The position numbers were made by a program, and so were the translations under genes. The notes under the pieces were generated by a model that was given only the letters and a program-made list of their open reading frames with translations, did not search any database and was not told where the DNA came from. Of a stretch of 64,000 nucleotides of DNA, positions 8,039 through 15,682 are shown in pieces. Origin of the DNA: an uncultured Gemmatimonadales bacterium (GTDB taxonomy: Bacteria > Gemmatimonadota > Gemmatimonadetes > Longimicrobiales > Gaopeijiaceae); assembly GCA_963809895.1 (NCBI GenBank), contig CAWELD010000003.1, positions 1,056,001 to 1,120,000 of the forward strand. Direction: 5' to 3'. Position 1 is the first letter of the stretch, and every line of letters begins with the position of its first letter.

Positions 8039-9344
8039 CTCCGGCGAGGCTGATCCGAGAGGCCTGCCCTCGCTTCTCGGGGGTCTGGATGACCACCTCT
8101 CCCCGACTGTGCAGGAGCTCGAGGGCGGCCACGATGTCGGGGTTGTGACCCTTGATTCCGTCCCGGAGCGATCGCTTCGACGAGCCCGGATGCAGGGCCA
8201 AGTACTCCAGGACGGCGGGCGCCATCTTCTCGGCGCCGGCCATGCGTTCCACGAGCTCGGGCCGGTGGTCGCTCACCCGCAACCTGAGCCACCCACCAGA
8301 GCGGAAGCTGTTGTGCGGTCCGGCTGGATCCTCGTCCTCGACTGTGAAGGCGAACGGATCCGGGGATACCTCGTCCCGGAGTTCCACCCTCACCGTGACG
8401 GGGGACGTCTCGTCCTTCCGACCGAGCACCGCCCCCATGTCATACCAGGCGCCGAACGCGGAGGAGTTGCGGATCAGGTCGGTGAGCCGCTGGCCTCCTC
8501 CTTGGCCCGGGTCCTTCCGGGCGTGGTGCGTGAGCTGGAGCGCGATGCCCTTCGCCTTGGCGCGGATCCCCGAGAACGCGTTGAGCTGGGGGGTCACCAC
8601 GTCGGAGTCGTCGCTGTCGCCGGTGGCCACGTACGACCAGTTGTCGACCGCCAGGAAGTCGAGCTCCAACTCGGCAGCGTAGTCTCCGAGCTCGTCCACC
8701 GTGCGGTCGCTGAAGCGGAGCGGGGGCCGGAACCAGAGGTGAAGCCATCCGTCGAGCTCCTGGGGGTCTATCCCCCTGCCCCGGCAGATGCGCTCGTAAC
8801 GGCGGCGGACCCGGTGGTCCCGATCCTCCATCAGGACCGCCCCGACGCGGCGGCGCTCGGGCACCTCGAACCGGCCCAGGAAGCGGGTGCCCGACGCGAG
8901 TGCCACCAGCTTCTCCAGGAGAAGGAGGGTCTTGTACGTCTTCGGGTAGCCTGCCTGCAGGATGTTGGCGTCCACGGGGTCCGGGCTCTCGATCAGGAAG
9001 GCCTCTTCGGGCTCCTCCACCGCCAGGAGCTCGGCCACGCCGATGGGGGGCGGGAGCGTTCGTGGTTCGGGCTCCTCACTCAGGCCCTCGAGCGCCCAGG
9101 ACACCGCGGACGACGCCGCACCGTCCGAGAGCCGCTGCAGCAGGAGCTCCTCCGCCGCCGCGCGAAGTGACATCCATCCGCGTGGCGAGGCCGGCCGGAA
9201 CCGCTCGGCGATCTGCCGGACGGCCTGGTAGGCGGAGATCTGACTGTCGACCCCGGGCAGGAACTCCTCGAGGGCAGCCCGGGCCTCTTCGGGCGTCGTG
9301 AGGGTGCCATTGCGCTCGAACTCTCGAGCCGACGCCGACGTCAT
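8028..9344 (-). CDS. AAA_25 / RepA-like replicative helicase
   Basis: Walker A-like AGYPKTYKT, MED, Walker B FLAVD, THHARK, RNSSAF; C-terminal winged-helix-like tail. Confidence 0.85.
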   Translation of the reverse strand: MTSASAREFERNGTLTTPEEARAALEEFLPGVDSQISAYQAVRQIAERFRPASPRGWMSLRAAAEELLLQRLSDGAASSAVSWALEGLSEEPEPRTLPPPIGVAELLAVEEPEEAFLIESPDPVDANILQAGYPKTYKTLLLLEKLVALASGTRFLGRFEVPERRRVGAVLMEDRDHRVRRRYERICRGRGIDPQELDGWLHLWFRPPLRFSDRTVDELGDYAAELELDFLAVDNWSYVATGDSDDSDVVTPQLNAFSGIRAKAKGIALQLTHHARKDPGQGGGQRLTDLIRNSSAFGAWYDMGAVLGRKDETSPVTVRVELRDEVSPDPFAFTVEDEDPAGPHNSFRSGGWLRLRVSDHRPELVERMAGAEKMAPAVLEYLALHPGSSKRSLRDGIKGHNPDIVAALELLHSRGEVVIQTPEKRGQASRISLAGGAR

Positions 9345-9494
9345 GCCCACGCCCCCATACTGTTTCCTCCACCAGGAATCACAACGCCTGGGAGGCTTCT
9401 TTCTATCTCACTGGCGGACAGCGGCTTGAGGGAGCTCGCGAATAGCGCCCGCCTGGCCACTGTAGACAGGAATGTGGACACGGCCCGGATTCCC

Positions 9495-9728
9495 TTATCC
9501 GGCGCGATCATCCGGGCCTTTCCCCATCGCGCCGAGGACCTTGGCCAGGTTGGACACGCGGCGGCGGACCACGCGCGCCTCGGCGGCTGCGAAGCGCCCA
9601 GCCTCGACGGCATAAGGCTCAAGGCCAGCGGTCACGGCCGCGTCCAACTGGTCGACGAGCGCGTCTGCCAGCTTCACGGCCTGGCGAAGATGATCCCGGG
9701 CGGCGGCCGTCATCTCATCCCTGGCCAT
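9495..9728 (-). CDS. Small helical hypothetical protein (77 aa)
   Basis: MARDEMTAAARDHLRQ...; start overlaps the end of the AlpA gene. Confidence 0.6.
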   Translation of the reverse strand: MARDEMTAAARDHLRQAVKLADALVDQLDAAVTAGLEPYAVEAGRFAAAEARVVRRRVSNLAKVLGAMGKGPDDRAG

Positions 9729-9921
9729 CGGTCTCACCCGCGACAGGCCTGGAGGTGATCCAATCCTGGATCTCGCTGGAGAGCCAACCCACGACCCCAC
9801 CGCCGAGGTCGCGGCGCCTGGGAAAGCGCCCTTCCCGCTCGCGGCCGTAGATGGTGTTTCTGCCGAGGCCGGTGACCTCGGAGACTTCGTTGATCCGGAG
9901 GATTCGGTCCTGGTCCGCCAT
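9715..9921 (-). CDS. AlpA-family phage regulator / excisionase
   Basis: RILRINEVSEVTGLGRNTIY...GRFPRRRDLGGGVVGWLSSEIQDWI; RBS AAAGGAGG. Confidence 0.92.
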   Translation of the reverse strand: MADQDRILRINEVSEVTGLGRNTIYGREREGRFPRRRDLGGGVVGWLSSEIQDWITSRPVAGETDGQG

Positions 9922-10188
9922 CGCTCGCTGCCTCCTTTCGGGAGTCGCGGATGGCGGCACCTGGACAGGAAACCAAGACAGTCCAAGGACCGCCACCCGT
10001 GCTTCTGGGTGGTTCAGTCGCCTTGGGGCTGTCTCGGTGTGAGGTTGGCCGCAAGTCCAGCTATGTAAGGGGCCGACCAACAGTGGGCCGGGCACCGTGA
10101 TCATACTGCATGTAGGGGGGTTGTCCCGTCAAGTCCCGTAGATCACGGAGGCGTACGGCGGAGTCCGACGCGACCACGTTCTTTGTGC

Positions 10189-10768
10189 TCAGAACTGGTC
10201 CGATATGAATCCAATCTTGGCGCTCCCACCCCCCAGCGCACCTTCGAGAGTTGGACGCCCAACCCAATACCGTTCGATGCTCGACACCCGTCGGATGAGC
10301 AGGTCAGCGGCGCGATGAGCTGCATCGCCGTCTACCGTGCCCTGGTCGACCAATGCCCGATCCCCATCGTCCTTCAGCCAAGAGAAGCTCCACCGTTCGG
10401 GGTCCCCCTCGGATACCTCGACCACGAACAGCGCGGGAGCTTGATCGCCGGCAGGAAAGATGAGGATCCGGGCTCGTAGGGTGGGGCCGGCATCCTTAAG
10501 CGGGAGACACGTCTTCCGTGCCACGATGGCCCATCGCTTCCCCCTGATCTCGAAATGCAGAGCCCTGTACTCTGGACTCTGCTCCTCCTTCGGCTGCGAC
10601 ACTCCGTCCATTTGCATCCGCAGCGCATCCTGCATGGAACTGCCACACATAGCCGATGAAGGCATCGGCGAAGCGTTCGAAGACGGGGAGGAGCCGTGCT
10701 TGGCGCTCTCGGAGGGGTCGGATGCGGTCGGCGAGATCCTGCACCGTCATGGGCACGAAGCTGGCCAT
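10189..10768 (-). CDS. Hypothetical protein, probably one gene with a frameshift near 10645
   Basis: RBS AGGAG plus ATG 10768. The N-part (MASFVPMT...FIGYV) and the protein-like C-part (SSMQDALR...AKIGFISDQF) are in different frames and meet at a TG repeat. Confidence 0.5.
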
Positions 10769-10790
10769 CGGTGGTCTCCTTGCTCCTGGG

Positions 10791-11166
10791 GGTGGCCCTG
10801 GGGGAGCCGGTCGCAAGATACCACGGAGACGCGGCGAGCAGCTACCTGCTACACGCCTGTCAGGCGATTGGGGACCTCGCCGAGTCGATCCCGGGGGCGC
10901 TCAGGGGGTGAGGGGCCCGAACCTGAAGCAGAGGCCCGCCTCCGTTTCCGTGATCCCACCGATCTGCGCAATGACGTGTTCGGGCAGACGTGCGGGATCG
11001 AGGATCCGGTACCAAGCGCCCTCGCGCTGCAACACGCCGTCGCTGATCAGACGTTCGAAGTCGATCGGCGTACGAAGGAGCTTGATCCGCTCTTCGACCT
11101 CTTCCTTGGTGAGGCGTGCCATCGATCCCTCCGTGCTCAGGTGGCCCTGGGGGAGCCGGTCGCAAG
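10791..11166. repeat. 27-bp exact direct repeat (10791-10817 and 11140-11166)
   Basis: GGTGGCCCTGGGGGAGCCGGTCGCAAG occurs twice, each copy just upstream of a minus-strand ORF. Confidence 0.95.
10901..11122 (-). CDS. Small hypothetical protein (73 aa)
   Basis: MARLTKEEVEERIKLLRTPIDFERLISDGVL...; RBS GGAGGG. Confidence 0.7.
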   Translation of the reverse strand: MARLTKEEVEERIKLLRTPIDFERLISDGVLQREGAWYRILDPARLPEHVIAQIGGITETEAGLCFRFGPLTP

Positions 11167-11189
11167 GTAGGAACAGCAGATGATAGACG

Positions 11190-11765
11190 CTATTGGCCCA
11201 AGTACTTCGACGGCGGGGTGCGTTCGCCCGCGATACGCGCCATTGCCTCCAACGCCTCCGCGATCCGATGTGATGGAGGGCGCGGCTGCCTGGTGTGCTC
11301 CCACGACTCCCACTCAAGAGTCGATACAGTGAAGTGGCTGGCCGGATGGAAGGCCGCAAACGGGGACCGCGCTCTACTCTCGTACTCGACACTGACCCTC
11401 ACAGGTCGGTCTTTCAGCAGTTTCGCCACCGCGTCAACCCATCCCCAGCGGACGGCCCGTTCCTCTCCCGGCGCCAGCATCGGAACCCCCGTAATCAGGG
11501 GTCCACTCTTCATGGGCCCGTCCTGCTCCCTGCCGACACGCTGTGGAAGCTCTCGGTCCAGGTGAAAGCGAACACCATAGGCTGGCCCGAGTCCCACGTT
11601 CCTGATGACGATGAGGAAGTCATCCAGCGAGTCCGGATCCAAGCGGAGGAATACGAGCACAAGCGGGTCGGTTTGTGCGCGCATCGTGAAGTAGCTTGCG
11701 AGGGCCGCAAACAGGCCAACCGCAACAAGCGCCGCCGTTGCGATCAGCATCCCGACCTCCGTCAC
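11190..11765 (-). CDS. Membrane-anchored hypothetical protein
   Basis: N-terminal TM helix followed by IRNVGLGPA beta-sandwich-like segment; GTGA overlap with the upstream gene. Confidence 0.75.
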   Translation of the reverse strand: MTEVGMLIATAALVAVGLFAALASYFTMRAQTDPLVLVFLRLDPDSLDDFLIVIRNVGLGPAYGVRFHLDRELPQRVGREQDGPMKSGPLITGVPMLAPGEERAVRWGWVDAVAKLLKDRPVRVSVEYESRARSPFAAFHPASHFTVSTLEWESWEHTRQPRPPSHRIAEALEAMARIAGERTPPSKYLGQ

Positions 11766-11986
11766 CCCTCCAACTCCTCCGCCAGCTCGACGAGCTCCGC
11801 GGCCCGGGCCCGGGCGAGCTTCGCGATGGCCGCCTCCCAGCCCGGGGGTGGAGATCGGTACCCGGTGCTGTCAGGGTCGAGACGAGCCTTGGCGATGGAG
11901 GACGACTCTCGAGCCATGCTCGACGCCACGTCGTCCAGAGTCACCCGGAGGCCGGTGATCCGGTCCGTCGCTTCCTTGAAGTCCAT
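11762..11986 (-). CDS. Small probable DNA-binding regulator (74 aa)
   Basis: MDFKEATDRI...TLDDVASSMARESSSIAKARL is HTH-like; divergent from radC across two operators. Confidence 0.65.
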   Translation of the reverse strand: MDFKEATDRITGLRVTLDDVASSMARESSSIAKARLDPDSTGYRSPPPGWEAAIAKLARARAAELVELAEELEG

Positions 11987-11989
11987 GGC

Positions 11990-12040
11990 TGTCCATCCTT
12001 TTATTGACACGGACGGGGAGTGTCCATATCATATTGGACA
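11990..12040 (+). promoter_or_regulatory. Sigma70-type promoter overlapped by two palindromic operators
   Basis: TTGACA 12004-12009, 17-nt spacer, TATCAT 12027-12032; operators TGTCCA-N8-TTGACA (11990-12009) and TGTCCA-N8-TGGACA (12021-12040). Confidence 0.8.
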
Positions 12041-12170
12041 GCGGGGCATAAAAGCAAGGCGCCAGGGCCACCCGGAAAGTGAACACCTGACGCCTCACAA
12101 ACACGGCTCTCGCCGCCCCTTACGATCGCCCTGCGAGGGGGGTGAGGGCAAGGATCAGGAGATCGGATCC

Positions 12171-12629
12171 ATGCAGAAGGCACTCGAGTTGTGGAGGACG
12201 TCGCTCATCCGCGAGCCAGGGCCCACCGTCCCGATCACGGGATCCGTCACCGGCCCGGCCCACGTGGGGCTGCTCATGGCGCACCTCTACGGCGACGCCG
12301 CCCAGGAGCACCTGGTGGTCTTCGCGCTGAACGCTCGCCATCATGTCGTGGGGATCCACCCGGTCACGACGGGGATCGCCGATGCCTCCCTGGCCCACGC
12401 CCGTGAGGTGTTCCGACCGGCGATCCTCGCCAATGCGACGGCCATCATCGTCGCCCATAACCACCCGACCGGCGATCTCACGCTGAGCCTGGAGGACAAG
12501 CAACTCGCCGCGCGCCTCGAGGTGGCGGGCCGACACCTGGGGATCAACGTCCTGGACTTCATCGTCACCGACCACCGCGGCCGCTGGCACTCGATTCACG
12601 GGAAGCACGCGAAGGGGGAGGTAGCCTGA
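12171..12629 (+). CDS. RadC-like JAB domain protein
   Basis: QEHLVVFALNARH, REVFRPAI, HNHPTGD..LS.ED (JAB motif); RBS AGGAG. Confidence 0.92.
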   Translation: MQKALELWRTSLIREPGPTVPITGSVTGPAHVGLLMAHLYGDAAQEHLVVFALNARHHVVGIHPVTTGIADASLAHAREVFRPAILANATAIIVAHNHPTGDLTLSLEDKQLAARLEVAGRHLGINVLDFIVTDHRGRWHSIHGKHAKGEVA

Positions 12630-12630
12630 C

Positions 12631-13908
12631 ATGCCCAAGCGCACCACCACGCGCCTCTACACGCGCCAGCAGGGCGGCGAGAATCGCTTCTACGGCGATT
12701 TCCGGGCCTACGCCGACGTAGGGGGCGGCCGGGAGGCTCTGATCCCGGAGGGGCAGCGCCAGGCGACCACGGATCCGGATATCGCGGCCAAGCTCTACGC
12801 CGATCGGCTGAAGGAGCTGGACGCCAAGCGCCGGAACCGTCACCTCCACGGGGTCCTGAAGGAGACCGACCTCGGACCCTACGCCGAGTATCACCTGCAG
12901 CAGAAGGCCCGGGACCGGGACGCCACGGAGCGGTGGCTCAAGATGGAGGAGCGCCACCTGCGGGACGCCGTCGCCTTCTTCGGGACCAGCACCGGACTCG
13001 CAGCGATCAGCCCGGAGGAGTGCACCCGGTGGGTCGAGGAGCTCCGCCACCAGGACAACGGCCGCGGGGGGACCCTGTCGGAGACGAGCATCCGGAAGCG
13101 GCTCAACACCCTCTCGAACCTCTTCCGCCGCGCGGTGAGCGAAGGGTACGTCCACCGGAACCCCGTGGCGGACATGTACTCGAAGCCCACGGAGGAGCGC
13201 CGGGAGGCGGACTACCTCGAGCCGGAGGAGGCCGCGCTGCTCCTCGAGTCGGCGCGGACGTACCGGGCGCCCGTGGACGATGGCGCGTTCCCGTACATGT
13301 ATCCGCTGCTGGCCACCTTCCTCCTCACCGGCGGCCGGAAGTCGGAGGTCCTGGGCCTCGAGGTGGACGACGTGAGCCTCCGCCTGGGCAAGGTCTACAT
13401 CCGGCCGAACGACTGGCGCCGGCTCAAGACGCGGGGCAGCAAGCGGACCGTCCCACTCTGGCCGCAGCTCGAGGAGATCCTCCGGGCCTACCTGGTGGAG
13501 CGGGAACGCTCGGGCGGGCTCGGCCGGCTCCTCTTCCCTTCGGCCCGGGGTGAGGGCGAGAGCCTCATCCGGGACGTGCGGAAGGCCCTGGACCACATTG
13601 CGGTCCGCGCGGGCTTCCAGAAGGGCGCCGTCCGCCTCCACCAGCTCCGGCACACGTACACGGCGGCCCGGCTCCAGACGTGCGACCGGGGTCGGCCCGT
13701 GGCCCTTTACACGGTCGCCCGCGAGCTCGGGCACTCCGGCACCGCCATGATCGAGGACCGCTACGGCCACCTCCACGACCGCGTGGAAGCCGGCGGCACG
13801 GAGGTAGTGGAGTTCCGGGTGGAGGCCTGGAGGGAGCGTCTCGGCGAGCGACTCACCGCCCTCGAGCAGCGAGCCAACGCCGGCGACGTCACCGACGCGG
13901 AGGGCTGA
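12631..13908 (+). CDS. Tyrosine recombinase / integrase
   Basis: TGGRKSE, LKT, HQLRHT, LGH, RYGH catalytic motifs; ends about 120 bp from the tRNA-Gly 3' end. Confidence 0.95.
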   Translation: MPKRTTTRLYTRQQGGENRFYGDFRAYADVGGGREALIPEGQRQATTDPDIAAKLYADRLKELDAKRRNRHLHGVLKETDLGPYAEYHLQQKARDRDATERWLKMEERHLRDAVAFFGTSTGLAAISPEECTRWVEELRHQDNGRGGTLSETSIRKRLNTLSNLFRRAVSEGYVHRNPVADMYSKPTEERREADYLEPEEAALLLESARTYRAPVDDGAFPYMYPLLATFLLTGGRKSEVLGLEVDDVSLRLGKVYIRPNDWRRLKTRGSKRTVPLWPQLEEILRAYLVERERSGGLGRLLFPSARGEGESLIRDVRKALDHIAVRAGFQKGAVRLHQLRHTYTAARLQTCDRGRPVALYTVARELGHSGTAMIEDRYGHLHDRVEAGGTEVVEFRVEAWRERLGERLTALEQRANAGDVTDAEG

Positions 13909-14028
13909 GAAGCCCCCCTTTTTTTCGCCGTTCGTGGGCACTGATTCTGACACTGCCGCCCACCGTACCCTCGAACTGAACGAGCCCGGCAAGGCCGCAA
14001 AGCCTTACCGGGTCTCGTTTTACTCCAG

Positions 14029-14101
14029 AGCGGGCGACCGGGCTCGAACCGGCGACCCTCAGCTTGGGAAGCTGATGCTCTACCAACTGAGCTACGCCCG
14101 C
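14029..14101 (-). tRNA. tRNA-Gly (CCC)
   Basis: GCGGGCGTAGCTCAGTTGGTAGAGC...TTCCCAA...GGTTCGAGCC; CCA not encoded. Confidence 0.97.
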
Positions 14102-14176
14102 GTGGAGTGAATAATCTCCCAGCGTGGGGGCCGGGTCAAGCGGACCCGGTCCCCCCTGCGGGCGGCTCGAATCAGG

Positions 14177-15634
14177 TCACATGGTCTGCAGCGTGTAACC
14201 GTAGCCCGCCACCACCTGGTCGCTGTCCCACTCGGCCTGGAAGGCGGACGTGGCGTCGGCAGCAGGCGCCTGCACCGTCACGTCCTTGGTGCCGATGGCG
14301 GTTCCGGCGTCGTCGTAGAACGAGAAGTGGAGCGTCACGCTCGTGCCCTGGTCCAGCGACACGTTGCGGATCTGGCCGGAGATGATGCCGCCGCCCTCGC
14401 GGTAGCGCTGAAGCTGGAGGTTCTCCACCAGAACGGGCAGGGCCTCGATCTTCTCCACCAGGTCCCGCGCGGTGTCGTCGTCACCGGTCTTGCTGGCCAC
14501 CTGCGCCCGGATCAGGTAGGCGTTCCTGTTGTTGGGATCGAGCTGCAGCCAACGGTCCGCGGCAGTCTTGAGCTCGTCCAACGACATGGCCGGCATGCTG
14601 TCGGCGTGCGCAAGCTGGATCGAGCGCGCCCACATCTCCACCGCGTCGCGGTCATTGACCGATGCCTCGGCGGCCTTCTTGAACGCGTCGGTGGCACCGT
14701 CGTAATCGTCCATCTGGTACAGACCCACGCCGACCTGGTAGTAGTCGCTGGCCCTCAGGTTCGGACGCCGCAGGATCTGCGCATACATGGCAGCGGCCGA
14801 ATCCGGCTGCTCCATCTGCAGATAAACCGTGGCCAGGTTCCTCATGTACGTGAGGTTGTCCGGATCGTCGGCCAGGAGACTGCGCAGCGCCTGTACGGCA
14901 CCCCGGTAGTCGCCGGACTGCATGAGCGCCTGAGCGATATAGGCAGGAATCTGCTCGCCCTGCTCGCGCCAGTTGGCCGCCGTGGCGGAATCCATCTGCT
15001 CGGTGCGGTCCGACTGGATGATCTCCAGCGCCGCGCGCAGGTTCTCCAGCGACTTGTCCCACTCGCCGAGCTGCTGGTAGATCTGGCCCAGCGTCACCAT
15101 CACCTCGGGGCGCCCGCGGTAGATGGCATTCGCCTCCTCGAAGATGTTCACCGCCTGCTCGTACTGCCCCGAGTTCACCAGCGGCACCGCCTGCTGATAG
15201 AGCTGGAGCCAGGCACGCTCGCGGCGGGATTCCGTCTCGAGCGTGTAGACGGGACGCAGCGTTTCGGCCTTGGTCAGCGCCGTGTCGGCCTTGAAGTAGT
15301 CACCGAGCCCGATGTAGGCGATCCCCTGCTGATACCAGGGCAGCGGGTTGGTGGGGTCTTCGTTGATGGACTGCTGCGCGGACTGCACCGCGGCCTGATA
15401 CTCGGGCCGGGCAGCGTCGGGAGACTCGGCGTCCTGCGCCGCCTGGATGTGATTGGCGGCGGCGCGGGTGTTCTCGTCCTGTCGAGGGCTCTCACCCTGG
15501 GCCAACGTCTCGGCACCCGGCAAGGGGCTGCTGGTCGACGTGCTGCCGGCGGGCGAGCCGCCTCCCCCGGACGCGCACGCGCCCGCGAAGACAGCCAGCG
15601 AACCGGCCAGAACGAGACCGATACGGAGCTTCAT
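14177..15634 (-). CDS. TPR-repeat lipoprotein with C-terminal FxLYD-like domain
   Basis: Lipobox FAGAC; multiple TPR helices; FSFYDDAG. Confidence 0.85.
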   Translation of the reverse strand: MKLRIGLVLAGSLAVFAGACASGGGGSPAGSTSTSSPLPGAETLAQGESPRQDENTRAAANHIQAAQDAESPDAARPEYQAAVQSAQQSINEDPTNPLPWYQQGIAYIGLGDYFKADTALTKAETLRPVYTLETESRRERAWLQLYQQAVPLVNSGQYEQAVNIFEEANAIYRGRPEVMVTLGQIYQQLGEWDKSLENLRAALEIIQSDRTEQMDSATAANWREQGEQIPAYIAQALMQSGDYRGAVQALRSLLADDPDNLTYMRNLATVYLQMEQPDSAAAMYAQILRRPNLRASDYYQVGVGLYQMDDYDGATDAFKKAAEASVNDRDAVEMWARSIQLAHADSMPAMSLDELKTAADRWLQLDPNNRNAYLIRAQVASKTGDDDTARDLVEKIEALPVLVENLQLQRYREGGGIISGQIRNVSLDQGTSVTLHFSFYDDAGTAIGTKDVTVQAPAADATSAFQAEWDSDQVVAGYGYTLQTM

Positions 15635-15682
15635 CCCAAAATCCTCCTTGATCGCGCAAAACATCGTGGACAGTCTTGAAAT

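Larger units (their letters stand above)
4386..14028. mobile_element. tRNA-Gly-associated integrative element, phage-satellite (PICI-like) core; left boundary not identified
   Basis: Integrase next to tRNA 3' end; AlpA, AAA_25 helicase, iterons, HTH, Nu1-like TerS and S49 protease; no capsid or tail genes seen. Confidence 0.8.

Noticed and set aside
10100..10170. TTGACG...TATGAT and ~10-bp periodic GTCCCGT-like repeats upstream of alpA
   Set aside because: The -35/-10 spacing is 21 nt and the repeats decay after two copies; too weak to call.
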